From Methanomicrobia archaeon JdFR-19 (lineage in GTDB: Archaea; Halobacteriota; Methanosarcinia; DSM-18856; Methermicoccaceae), in assembly GCA_002010075.1 (NCBI GenBank), contig MTMG01000013.1, positions 72,796-136,795 of the forward strand: 64,000 bases of DNA. The letters are read 5' to 3'. Shown here piece by piece: positions 40,653 to 50,187 of this stretch; the stretch's first letter is position 1; every line of letters starts with the position of its first letter. The notes beneath the pieces are model-generated. The model had not been told where the DNA came from. It saw nothing but the letters and a program-made list of their open reading frames with translations, and did no database searches. A program made the translations under genes and the position numbers.

Positions 40653-41816
40653 TTATTTATATTTTCTCAGAACATCCTTCAACTCCCTCAGAAACTCTTC
40701 CACCGTTCTTTCAGAAACGTGGGGCATCATGACCATTCTTATTGCCTCACCCACAGTCGAGACATACCAGTTCCTTCTCATCAGCTCATTCTTCACATCC
40801 TCCGCCCTATCACATCTCACACACAGCACATTGCACACCGGCTCTATGACCGGCTCGAGTCCGAGCTCCTCACATCCCTCTTTCATGAGATGGGTTATAC
40901 GCATGCACTCCTTCACGATTTTCGTGTAACCATCCCATCCGAGATGTCTCATCACCGCATACGCACCCACAACAGAACCACCAGTTCTCGTTCCGGTGAG
41001 TGTGTATTGAGAGCGGTGGGTGAGGTAGGGGGTATCGACCGCCAGCCTATCCATCACGTTCTCTCTGAAAACAAGCACACCGCACGGAATGGTTGAGAAT
41101 CCCATCTTGTGTGGGTCTATCGAAACTGAACTGACACCCTTCACAAAACCCCAGTCTCTCCTTCCAAGAAATGGAAGGACAAATCCACCAAACGCAGCAT
41201 CCACATGCAGAAATATTCCTCTCTCCTCTGCAATCTTCCCCAACTCCTCGATTGGGTCAACCTGTCCGTACTCTGTTGTACATGCGATGCCAACTATTGC
41301 AAACGTGTTATCATCCACCAGACCCTCCACCTCTCCAACATCCACCTTCAAATCCTCATTGAGCGGAGCCTTCCTGACCTCAACACCCAAAAGGTCTGAA
41401 ATTTTATCAAAAGAGAAATGGGCACTCTCAGGAACCACAATATTTCCTTTTTCACCTTCGCTTCCTTTTTTATTTTCTTTCTTTGCAACCCTCATCGCCT
41501 GTATGTTGGATTCTGTTCCTCCAGTGGTTGCAAATCCCCATGTCTTCGAGTTGCCAGCAAGCTCCCCAACCCTCTTCACAACACACCCTTCTATCTATGA
41601 GGAAGCGGGAAACAGCCCCGGGTCTCCAAGGTTCGATTCCATGTAGAGGATGTGGGCTCTCACAGCAACCGGATGGGGTAAGGTGCACATCGAAGAAAGA
41701 ATTCTGGTGTAGGAGATGTCCCTCTCCTTCATCAGCGAAAGCACATACAACACGCTCTCATCTTTTTCGCCCTCTATGTTCCACACCTTCACACCTCCAA
41801 AAGCTCTGCTTCGCAC
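40653..41816 (-). CDS. mfnA: PLP-dependent L-tyrosine/L-aspartate decarboxylase (MfnA family), with an in-frame TAG at 41595..41597
   Basis: Track ORFs 41595..41816 (N-terminus ...SSMCTLPHP...NLGDPGLFPASS) and 40653..41579 (...TTGGTESNIQAM...SIDPHKMG with the PLP lysine) share a frame and are joined through TAG ATA GAA GGG TGT GTT GTG. Both halves align to MfnA. The N-terminal start is uncertain and overlaps the upstream gene. Confidence 0.8.
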
Positions 41817-42424
41817 CTCTCAAAATCAACAACAGCACCCATCCCCATGTAAAGGGGACCCGGATTGACAATCAGAGTTCCCGTGCGATGTTCCACTCCT
41901 CTTGCCTCGTGTATGTGTCCGCACAGAATCACATCCACCTTCCCCACCGCCCCCTATATCGCCTTCGAGCCAACGTGCTCTCCCCTCGCCACATCACACA
42001 CTCCATAGGGTGGTGCATGACTCACGAGACACGTTGTACGGCTCTCATCCCGAATCTTAGAGAGCAGTTCTTCCAGCATGTATCTGATTGAGTCCTCACT
42101 CATCTCGAACGGAGTCGAAAATGGAGTGGGATTCGAGCCACCGATTCCCATGAACAGCACGTCCCCCATCTCGACCACCCTCCTGTGCAGGGGGATTGCT
42201 CCCTCCTCCTCAAGTGCTTGGTGAATTTCTGGCGGGTCACAGTTCCCACCAACTCCAATCACTTTCCTGCCCTTCAGAATCTCCATCATGTGCTTCACAT
42301 GTGTGAGGGGACCGAAGTTCGTGATGTCTCCGCACATCACAACCACATCCACCCCCACCCTTTCAACCACTTCTCTCATTTTCTCGTATCTTCCATGTGC
42401 ATCAGACAAGACGAGTGCTCTCAT
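41789..42424 (-). CDS. Metallophosphoesterase (MJ0936/YfcE-like), with an in-frame TAG at 41954..41956
   Basis: Track ORF 41954..42424 (MRALVLSDAHGRYEKM...VVMCGDITNFG...GGNCD) stops at TAG. The same frame continues GAVGKVDVILCGHIHEARGVEHRTGTLIVNPGPLY... (the GHxH and NPGS motifs) to a TGA at about 41789. Confidence 0.75.
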
Positions 42425-42869
42425 TGGTCTCCCTCCTCAGCTCATATATCCTTGCCCCCTCCCCATCTGGGTAGTAGCTAGGAACGAAACCAGTCTGTCT
42501 GAAACCAAGTCTCTCGTAGAGTGAATATGCGGGAATGTTCGATTCCCTCACTTCGAGTCTGATAACCCCAACACCACTCTTGAACAGATTATCCAGAAGA
42601 GTTTTCAGAAGGCTTTTCCCTATTCCACATCTTCTGTACATGGGATGGACTGCAATCGACACGACCTTTCCGACCGTGTCGAGTACGCTTCCAACCGCAT
42701 ACCCAACAACCTCGCCATCGAGTTCTGCAACCAGAAAATAATCCTGTGTTGCATAGTACGAGATGTAGAGGTGGGCATCTCTCCTTCCAAAAGAGACGTT
42801 CTCTATCCACAGTACGCCCTCGTAGTCTGGGGGGGAGTAGCGTCTGACACGCACCGATACGAGCATCAT
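42402..42869 (-). CDS. rimI: GNAT-family N-acetyltransferase (RimI-like)
   Basis: 155 aa with acetyl-CoA-binding motif RRCGIGKSLL. Confidence 0.75.
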   Translation of the reverse strand: MMLVSVRVRRYSPPDYEGVLWIENVSFGRRDAHLYISYYATQDYFLVAELDGEVVGYAVGSVLDTVGKVVSIAVHPMYRRCGIGKSLLKTLLDNLFKSGVGVIRLEVRESNIPAYSLYERLGFRQTGFVPSYYPDGEGARIYELRRETNESTRLV

Positions 42870-42937
42870 TATAACCTCTCAGTATGAGTAAAAATATTTA
42901 TTGATAAAAAAATATTTATGAGTAGAGAAAATCTAAT

Positions 42938-43882
42938 GTGATGGTTAACATTGGTACAGCAAATGACCTTGGGATGCTGATTGTGGAAATATTGCTTACC
43001 GCCCTCGACTATTTTGCGGATGTGTGGATATATTTCGTTATAGGACTCGTTGCGGGAGGTTTTGTGAGCGAGTTTGTTCCGAGAAGATACCTCTTGAAGG
43101 TGATGGGGGGATACAGGAGCATAAAGGCAATTGTTCTCACGGTTATAGCACTGTTTCCCATCCCGTTGTGTTCGATAGGAGTGATTCCGCTTGTTGGAGG
43201 ATTTTACAGAATGGGGCTCTCAATGGGTGTGATTATGGCAGCTCTCGTGATGGGGGCTGGTGTGAATCCCGTGCTGTTTGCCCTCACCGCAGACGTTCTC
43301 GGTATGAGGGTTGCAGTCACGCGGGTCATCGGAACTTTCGTTCTTGCGATTTTGATTGGTGTTATCGCGATGGAACTCGAGAAGAGGAAGATATTCCTCA
43401 AACTGCCAGACGCCTCTGAAGCAAAGGGAGATGGACATCCCTTGATACTCGAGCCTGAAGCAAAGACGTTCGAAGAGAAGCTGGTCGGGATGGTGAAGAC
43501 GATATGGCTTGAAATCAAGGGAATGGCTCCCGGTCTCATAATCGGAATTTTTCTGACGGGTGCGATTGCGGTTTTGGTCCCCGTCACCATAATAACAGAG
43601 TATCTGAGCGGAACCGACCCGGTCTCGATTCTGTTGATAGCTGGCTTCACAATTCCATGGTATTTCCCTCCCGGAGTGGAGGTTGTGATGGCTCAGGCGA
43701 TGTTTGAAAAAGGGATGACTGAACCGGGCATTGTCACGTTCCTCCTGATAGCAACAGGAACGAGTCTGCCCAACATTCTGATGGTTGCAGGCTTCCTTGG
43801 AAAGAACAACGCAATATATTATGCAATCTCTTGGATACTTGGCGTCACAACCATCGGCATGATATATATGTTTATTGTGTGA
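42938..43882 (+). CDS. Predicted permease (DUF318/COG0701-like)
   Basis: 314 aa polytopic membrane protein. Confidence 0.6.
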   Translation: MMVNIGTANDLGMLIVEILLTALDYFADVWIYFVIGLVAGGFVSEFVPRRYLLKVMGGYRSIKAIVLTVIALFPIPLCSIGVIPLVGGFYRMGLSMGVIMAALVMGAGVNPVLFALTADVLGMRVAVTRVIGTFVLAILIGVIAMELEKRKIFLKLPDASEAKGDGHPLILEPEAKTFEEKLVGMVKTIWLEIKGMAPGLIIGIFLTGAIAVLVPVTIITEYLSGTDPVSILLIAGFTIPWYFPPGVEVVMAQAMFEKGMTEPGIVTFLLIATGTSLPNILMVAGFLGKNNAIYYAISWILGVTTIGMIYMFIV

Positions 43883-43891
43883 TTTACAAAC

Positions 43892-44998
43892 ATGGAATTA
43901 TTGAGGACGATTGAAAACATCCCAATTATTAAGAATAACTACATTCTTTTACCGTTTGTGTTTCTGATGATTGTTCTGTCTGTTTTATATCCCCAAAACA
44001 TAAGAGATTACCATACTTTTGTGGATTGGAGAACACTCGCAGTTTTAACCGGTCTATTAGTCATTACAACCGCAATAAAAGAGAGTTTCTTCTTTCTCAA
44101 AATGATTAAAAAATTTTTCAAAAGAATAGATAACGAAAGAAAGTTAGCATTGACTCTGATTATACTTGCATCATTTTTATCCATGTTCTTAACAAACGAT
44201 ATTGCATTATTCATAGTACTCCCACTGACTCTGGCTTTTCAGATGTATCTGCAAAACAGCTTACAGAAGTTAATAGTCTTCGAGACCATATCGGTCAATG
44301 TCGGCTCAGCTCTTACTCCCATCGGTAACCCCCAAAATCTGTTTTTATGGCACCAATGGAACATCTCCTTTTTCAGTTTTGTGATGAACATGATGCCACT
44401 ATTTGTGATACTGTTCTTCACCCTCCTGATGTTCGGTTTGGTTGTGTTTCCCTCCAGAAAATTGTATTTCAGGATGCCAGAGAATGTGGTGGATTCAAAC
44501 GACAGATTATTCTACCTCTCGACCGTTCTTTTGTTGTTGTTTATTTTAGCTGTCGAATTTGCTTTTTCATACTATGCACTGCCAATTATCCTTTTGATTT
44601 ATGCAATATTTTTCAGAAATGTGTTGAGGAAGGTCAACTGGCTATTGATTGTGTTGGTTGGCATTATGTTCATAGACTTTCATATCATAAGTCAAATGCA
44701 CATCGTGTCTGATTTCATTAATCAATTTGACCTACACAACTCTGCAACAATCTTTGCACTGTCTCTGTTCTCATCCCAGATAATTAGTAATGTTCCTGCG
44801 AGTATCTTCATGTCAAAATTCACAGACAACTGGCTTGCGATAGCTTATGGTGTAAATGTGGGCGGAAATGGACTTTTTATTGGCTCTCTCGCGAATATAA
44901 TAGCTTTGAAATTCATCAACAACTGGTTAGAGTTCCACAAATATTCATTAGCTTACTTCATCCTTACAGGAAGTCTTGTGTATGTCGTCTTCAGATGA
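43892..44998 (+). CDS. ArsB/NhaD-superfamily anion permease
   Basis: 368 aa with the IGNPQNL signature. The gene is visibly AT-rich and has different codon usage from its neighbours. Confidence 0.7.
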   Translation: MELLRTIENIPIIKNNYILLPFVFLMIVLSVLYPQNIRDYHTFVDWRTLAVLTGLLVITTAIKESFFFLKMIKKFFKRIDNERKLALTLIILASFLSMFLTNDIALFIVLPLTLAFQMYLQNSLQKLIVFETISVNVGSALTPIGNPQNLFLWHQWNISFFSFVMNMMPLFVILFFTLLMFGLVVFPSRKLYFRMPENVVDSNDRLFYLSTVLLLLFILAVEFAFSYYALPIILLIYAIFFRNVLRKVNWLLIVLVGIMFIDFHIISQMHIVSDFINQFDLHNSATIFALSLFSSQIISNVPASIFMSKFTDNWLAIAYGVNVGGNGLFIGSLANIIALKFINNWLEFHKYSLAYFILTGSLVYVVFR

Positions 44999-46682
44999 AG
45001 ACCTCTCTGAACTTCGATATTCCTTCTTCTGTTCCAACAACAGCTATCCTGTCCCCTTCCTTCAGCACCTCATCGGGTTTTATGTCCAGAATCACATCCT
45101 CACCCCTCTTTATCCCGATGAGGGAACATCCAAACTTCCTTGGAAGCGAGAGACTTTCAAGGTCAAATTCTGTGAGCAGAGACTTTTCGGGAACTTCGAA
45201 GACCTCTACCACCAGCCCCTGAGCCATTGGCTCGGCTTTGTATTTTTTGTTGTATTTCTTGGCAATCTCTGATGTAATAACCTCAACACACATCACAGGA
45301 ATGGACACCACATAGCTCGAGCCAGCTTTGTGTATCTTGTCTATGTTCTCCCCATTGTTCTCCCTCGTTATTATGAAAGCCCTTGGGTTCATGTCTCTTA
45401 CGAGCAGTGTGGATAACGCACTTTCAGAATCATCTGGAAGGAGTATGAGAACCGTGAGATGACCGGGCTGATCTACGCCTGCCTCCTTCAGCACCTCCTC
45501 ATCGGTTGCAGAGCCGACTATGGTTGGGCATTCGAGACCAGATAGTGCGTGCGGGTTTGAATCAATGACAACCACCCCCACACCCGCATCCATCAATCGG
45601 CGGACAACCTCCTTCCCAACCTCTCCATGTCCGATTACGATGAATCTTCTCGGCGTGTGGGGGGCACCCATGCATTTGCACCTCTCTGTGCATATCGAGT
45701 CCTCGATTGTTCTGAGCTGTTCAGGTGTTCCGACCACCACAAGCACGCTGTTAGATGTGATCACGGTCTCGGGTGCGGGACTTGGTATAAGTTTTCCATC
45801 CTTCCACATCGCTATCACTCTTCCCCCCATCCTCTTTTCGTTCGAGTTCCACACTTCCATGATGGTCTTTCCGACCGCACCGCTCTCGGGATTCACGGGA
45901 AGTTCTGTGATATAGAGACCCTTGAAAAACTCGACCTCACCAACCGGCACGCCTTTCATGAGTTCGATGATTCTATGTGCCACGTGGTCCCCCACAAGCT
46001 TCTTCGGAACGACAACCATGTCCGCTCCCGCCATTTTTAGATGCTCCTCCTTAATCGTCCCCTCGGCAACCACGATGCCTGAACCGAGTTCGAGCAGTAC
46101 TGCAGTGTTCTGAACATCTGTGCCACACATGACCACTGTCTTTGCGCTTTCAACGTTTGCTCTTTTCAGTCCTTCGGACGAGGTGGGGTCCCCAACCACA
46201 CACGGAACACCTTTTTCAAAGAGGGAATGCACAACCTCAGCCCTTGGGTCAAGAACAAGGAACGGTATGTTGAGGGATTCCAGCTCTCCTATGAGCTTTT
46301 CAGCTATCTTTGAGTAATAACACACAACCACATGGTCTCTCAGAGTGGTGGATGTTGGGTGTTCGAACCTCCATGCGAGATATTTCCATATCGTGTTGGA
46401 TATGGGGATGAGGAGGCCAAACATCAGCACTATTCCACTCATGGAGACAATGATTGAGAGGGTTTTTCCAGCGGTTGTTGTCAAAACGACATCTGGAACC
46501 GCACGGGTTGCCATACTCACGATTACCCAGTGGAGTGCATCTGCAACTCCGTATTTCACACCCTCTATGTATCGGGTGATGAACAGGAAAAGGGCGGAGT
46601 AGGTGAATATGAGGGAGAATAGGGCAACAAAGTAGTAGAAGACATACCTGATTACATACCTCGGAAGCTTCATCCTTTCCAC
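44991..46682 (-). CDS. Potassium channel with two RCK (TrkA-N/TrkA-C) domains
   Basis: 563 aa with N-terminal TM/pore segment, then VVVCYY and FIVIGHGEVG Rossmann-type RCK domains. Confidence 0.8.
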   Translation of the reverse strand: MERMKLPRYVIRYVFYYFVALFSLIFTYSALFLFITRYIEGVKYGVADALHWVIVSMATRAVPDVVLTTTAGKTLSIIVSMSGIVLMFGLLIPISNTIWKYLAWRFEHPTSTTLRDHVVVCYYSKIAEKLIGELESLNIPFLVLDPRAEVVHSLFEKGVPCVVGDPTSSEGLKRANVESAKTVVMCGTDVQNTAVLLELGSGIVVAEGTIKEEHLKMAGADMVVVPKKLVGDHVAHRIIELMKGVPVGEVEFFKGLYITELPVNPESGAVGKTIMEVWNSNEKRMGGRVIAMWKDGKLIPSPAPETVITSNSVLVVVGTPEQLRTIEDSICTERCKCMGAPHTPRRFIVIGHGEVGKEVVRRLMDAGVGVVVIDSNPHALSGLECPTIVGSATDEEVLKEAGVDQPGHLTVLILLPDDSESALSTLLVRDMNPRAFIITRENNGENIDKIHKAGSSYVVSIPVMCVEVITSEIAKKYNKKYKAEPMAQGLVVEVFEVPEKSLLTEFDLESLSLPRKFGCSLIGIKRGEDVILDIKPDEVLKEGDRIAVVGTEEGISKFREVFI

Positions 46683-46743
46683 CTGTTTTCAATCAATCCT
46701 CATCTTTTATTAATCTCTTATTTTGTTCTTTTTCTGCTCCTCC

Positions 46744-47184
46744 TCACTCAGCCCCTTCTTCTTCTGCCCCCTCTGTTTCCTCCTCTTTTACCTCCTCCAC
46801 AATTGTCTCCTCTGTTTCCTCCATAAACTCCTCGAGGTTCTCAACCACATCCTTCAAAACAACCGCAGGATTGCGTTCCGGGTCATTGATTATGTACAAT
46901 AGTGTTATAACTCCTTTCTCTCTCTCGATCTGCTTCAACTCCTTCAACATCTCAATCTTCTTCTTCAGTTCGTTCCTGTAGAGTTTTGCAAACTCGTCCC
47001 ACCTCTGAGTTCGGGAAAACCAGTGAGTGAGTATGCTTGAAGGTGCAAGCTTTCTCATCCAAAAATCAACTTTTCCCTCCTCCCTCCTCACCCCTTTGGG
47101 CCAGACCCTCTCGACCAGTATTCTATAACCATCTTCGGGAGACCTGTGTTCAAATATCCTCTTTGTTCTGATCATTTTGACCAC
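46744..47184 (-). CDS. DUF488 family protein, acidic C-terminal tail
   Basis: RIFEHRSPEDGYRILVERVWPKGVRR...LAPSSILTHWF matches the DUF488 pattern. Confidence 0.65.
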   Translation of the reverse strand: MVKMIRTKRIFEHRSPEDGYRILVERVWPKGVRREEGKVDFWMRKLAPSSILTHWFSRTQRWDEFAKLYRNELKKKIEMLKELKQIEREKGVITLLYIINDPERNPAVVLKDVVENLEEFMEETEETIVEEVKEEETEGAEEEGAE

Positions 47185-47246
47185 TATCCTTTAACCACTA
47201 TCCACGGAGATGATAATCTTACTTTATCCTCTTTATTTTTATACAT

Positions 47247-47588
47247 TTAGGCTTCGTACAGTTTTCCGTCTTTCTCGTACAGTCCGAGTTCAGACTTCAG
47301 AAAGTCAAGCACCTCGTACGAAAGAGAGAGTGTGATTCCAAGACATCTTCTCAGCATTCTCAGTGCAAACTCCTTATCCACACCGTTTTCCAGTTTCTCG
47401 GGGGTGAATAGTTCGAGGGCAACCCACCTCACATCGCGCATAAAATCTTCAAACTTCTGGGTGTTCATTATGTGGAGGTCAACCACCTCACCACAGAACT
47501 TCTCATCCTCTCTGTGGAACTCCAAGGTGGTCGTTGTATCGAACACGGTTTTTTCACCACAGTATGCGCATTCAACATGTGCCCTCAT
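47247..47588 (-). CDS. Hypothetical protein, partner of the upstream ribbon-helix-helix gene
   Basis: 113 aa with N-terminal CAYCGE...FCGE. Its start overlaps the RHH stop (ATGA). Confidence 0.4.
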   Translation of the reverse strand: MRAHVECAYCGEKTVFDTTTTLEFHREDEKFCGEVVDLHIMNTQKFEDFMRDVRWVALELFTPEKLENGVDKEFALRMLRRCLGITLSLSYEVLDFLKSELGLYEKDGKLYEA

Positions 47589-47760
47589 AGTTTTACCTCC
47601 CCCACTTTCTCCTTTCTGTCGTACCTGCTCACGAACTCGATAAGGGCATAGCTCACAACGTCCGAAAGCCCTGTAAAGCCCTCCCTCTCAGCAATCTCTT
47701 CAAGCCTTTTCTTGAGATAGGGAGACATCGAGACCGACACCACCATTTTCTTTGTCATAC
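47587..47760 (-). CDS. Ribbon-helix-helix (CopG/Arc-like) protein, 57 aa, not in the ORF track
   Basis: Frame MTKKMVVSVSMSPYLKKRLEEIAEREGFTGLSDVVSYALIEFVSRYDRKEKVGEVKL has beta-strand then two helices, typical of RHH. Confidence 0.5.
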
Positions 47761-47881
47761 AAATAAAAGATTATGATTATGATATTTATATGTTATTAAT
47801 TAGACTGATGGACAAGGTGCCTCTCTCAAAATTCCACCCACCCCATTAGCTTTAAATATTAATTAATAGTATCTTATTAAC
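47761..47881. promoter_or_regulatory. AT-rich divergent intergenic region (RHH operon on minus, TBP-like gene on plus)
   Basis: Multiple TATA/BRE-like A/T tracts (ttatgattatgatatttatatg, ctttaaatattaattaatag). The individual elements are not resolved. Confidence 0.3.
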
Positions 47882-48439
47882 ATGCTATTAACAATAGTGA
47901 ATGTTGTCTCTGCGGGATGGGTCGAGGGACTCGGAAATGCAGATGTGAAAGGAACAAAAAAGAAACACAGAATCGAGTACAGATACGGAAAATGCACACT
48001 TCATCTGTACTCATCAGGTGCGATCACATGCACTGGTGCGAAAACTGAAGAGGAGTCCATTGATACCCTCATGAGGGGAGGGTACTCACTCACGGGACAC
48101 AGGGTGAGAAACGCACGGGTTGTGAATGTGGTCGCGAAAGGACATCTTGGCGATGGTATCCATCTGTCCACCCTGTATGATGTGCTTTCTGAAAATGATT
48201 TCGATGTGAGATACGAGCCAGAGATGTTTTGTGCGGTTGTCATCAGGAACGAGTGGGCAACCTCCATCGTATTCGAGAGTGGAAGTTGTATGGTTATGGG
48301 AGCAAAATCTGTGGAGGATGTGTGGAGGGGGGTGGGAGAGTGGCTGGATATGGCGGGGGTGGACACAGGTAGAATTCCACCCTCGGACCCCCTCCCACTC
48401 AAAATTCCACACGATAAAGTAATGGTGGAGCTTCGTTAA
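47882..48439 (+). CDS. TATA-box-binding protein paralogue (divergent TBP-like, first repeat degenerate)
   Basis: TIVNVVSAG...GAITCTGAKTEEE and VVNVVAKGHLGDGIHL...RYEPEMF...GSCMVMGAKSVED follow the two-repeat TBP pattern. The first repeat lacks about 11 residues around the EYxPEQFPGL segment. Confidence 0.65.
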   Translation: MLLTIVNVVSAGWVEGLGNADVKGTKKKHRIEYRYGKCTLHLYSSGAITCTGAKTEEESIDTLMRGGYSLTGHRVRNARVVNVVAKGHLGDGIHLSTLYDVLSENDFDVRYEPEMFCAVVIRNEWATSIVFESGSCMVMGAKSVEDVWRGVGEWLDMAGVDTGRIPPSDPLPLKIPHDKVMVELR

Positions 48440-48574
48440 GGCTGAATTTCGTGTGAAATTTCGCATGAATTGTGTTGGGCGATAGTCCCACGAACCACGG
48501 TTAGCTCATACCATATCAAGAGCTATCGGGTAGGGTATCGCATACCTTACACTCTGGGGAGGTGGACAGTGGAC

Positions 48575-48910
48575 ATGGGTGGAAAGAATGAGAGAAAGAG
48601 CATAAAAGTGCCTGCAGAGGTGTATGCCCAGCTTGATACACTGAAAAGAAGGCATGGGCGCTCGTATGGGGATGTAATCAGAATGCTGGTCATGAAATAC
48701 GGGGAGGAAATAGACCCGAAGGTCATGGTGAACAGGGCACTGGACGAACTTGTCGAGCAATTGAAACCGACGGGCGTTTCCCTCATCGCCGAGAACATGA
48801 GACCAATTCTTATTAGGGCGGTGGACATGAGCGAGGAGGAGAGGACAGAGGTGGTTGAGGTGGTGATGGGTGCGTTTGTCAGATGGCTCAGGGAGAGGAA
48901 TGGAGAATGA
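48575..48910 (+). CDS. Hypothetical small protein (possible RHH-like N-terminus)
   Basis: Likely start MGGKNERKSIKVPAEVYAQLDTLKRRHG. The track ORF begins 35 codons earlier. Confidence 0.4.
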   Translation: MGGKNERKSIKVPAEVYAQLDTLKRRHGRSYGDVIRMLVMKYGEEIDPKVMVNRALDELVEQLKPTGVSLIAENMRPILIRAVDMSEEERTEVVEVVMGAFVRWLRERNGE

Positions 48911-48968
48911 TGTGTTCTCTGGGAACAGTTTAAGATGGAGAAGATAAAATGAAAAGGTGATGGGATAG

Positions 48969-49519
48969 ATGATGAGGCTAAAAAACAGAGCAGAGATGCT
49001 TAACAGATTGGCATCAGACCCGAAGAACAAGCCGGACGAAATCATAAGAAGGATGGGCTTGAAGGAGGGGCAGGTAATAGCAGATGTAGGCGCCGGAGGT
49101 GGTTATTTCTCAGTGAGATTTTCAGAGGTGGTGGGAGAGAAAGGCAGGGTTTATGCGGTCGATACGAATCCCAAGTTCTTGGAGCACATACAGATGATGG
49201 CAGGGAAGAACAACATCACCAATCTCATCACCGTCCTCGCAACCGAGGACAGATTCAGTCTGCCAGAAAAAGTGGATTTTGTGTTCATGCGCAATGTTAC
49301 ACACCACATCAAAAACAGAGTGGAGTATTTCAAGAGGTTGAGAGAGGTTCTGAAACCAAATGGAAGAGTTGTCATAATAGATTACGAGAAATCGTTATTC
49401 CGCAGAATTTTCGGGCATTATGTGCCTAAGAACACCATAATAATGGAGATGAGATAGGCGGGATACAGGTTGAATGAGGAGTTCGACATTCTACCAAAAC
49501 AGCACTTCACCGTCTACAC
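48969..49519 (+). CDS. Class I SAM-dependent methyltransferase, with an in-frame TAG at 49455..49457
   Basis: Motif I VIADVGAGGGYFS. After the TAG the frame continues AGYRLNEEFDILPKQHFTVYT to a TGA, which is the usual (e)aGF...v.....hf C-terminal strand of these methyltransferases. Confidence 0.75.
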
Positions 49520-49863
49520 TTGACATAGTTCTCTTTCTTACCGCACCTCAAACACTCTCTTTCCACATCCACCACATTAGAAGACGCGTATATGGTGTAT
49601 CTCTCCTTCCATTTGTGCAGTCCAAATTTGCATAGAATGCCCAACATCATGATAAACCATTATGATTAATGATATAAAAAAGAATTGGGGGTATCCCGAA
49701 GGACACCCAATCGTTTCACGCTTTCTTGATGAAGTTCTTGGCAAAGGTTCTCGCCTGATAGAGTGCAATCAAGCTCAGCACCCAAATCAGGATGAAAGCC
49801 ACGTAGTCAATGCCCGCAGCTCTCCACACACCTTCCAATCCAAAGCCCCACATTCATATCACC

Positions 49864-50187
49864 TCACAACATGCACACCTGCTGTGCGCGTTCTCTTCCG
49901 AAGTCCTCTATCTGGTACTTGTAGAGAACTGCGCCCTCTCCGAAGTAAGTCCCGTCATCCACTTTCTGCTCGACACTCGATGTGAGACCACCTGATGCGA
50001 GCTCTATCAGGAGCAGTTTAACCTGTGATTTCCAGTAGTCTCCACTGATTCCGTACTCTTTGCTTATGGTTTCCCAGAGCTCGTAGTCCCACATAGCACC
50101 TTTCTCATCGAGTAATTGAAGTACTCTGCATTTAATCGGCATTTCAGTTGGGTTTTTTGTTCTGGCAGCCATTTCACACCACCTCAC
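49864..50187 (-). CDS. Small winged-helix-like protein (PadR-like?)
   Basis: 107 aa. Weak resemblance to PadR-type wHTH. Confidence 0.35.
   Translation of the reverse strand: MRWCEMAARTKNPTEMPIKCRVLQLLDEKGAMWDYELWETISKEYGISGDYWKSQVKLLLIELASGGLTSSVEQKVDDGTYFGEGAVLYKYQIEDFGRERAQQVCML

Noticed and set aside
40653-41579. The 308-aa MfnA ORF as an N-terminally truncated decarboxylase
   Set aside because: The missing N-terminus (SSMCT...NLGDPGLF) is present in frame immediately upstream across a TAG (track ORF 41595..41816).
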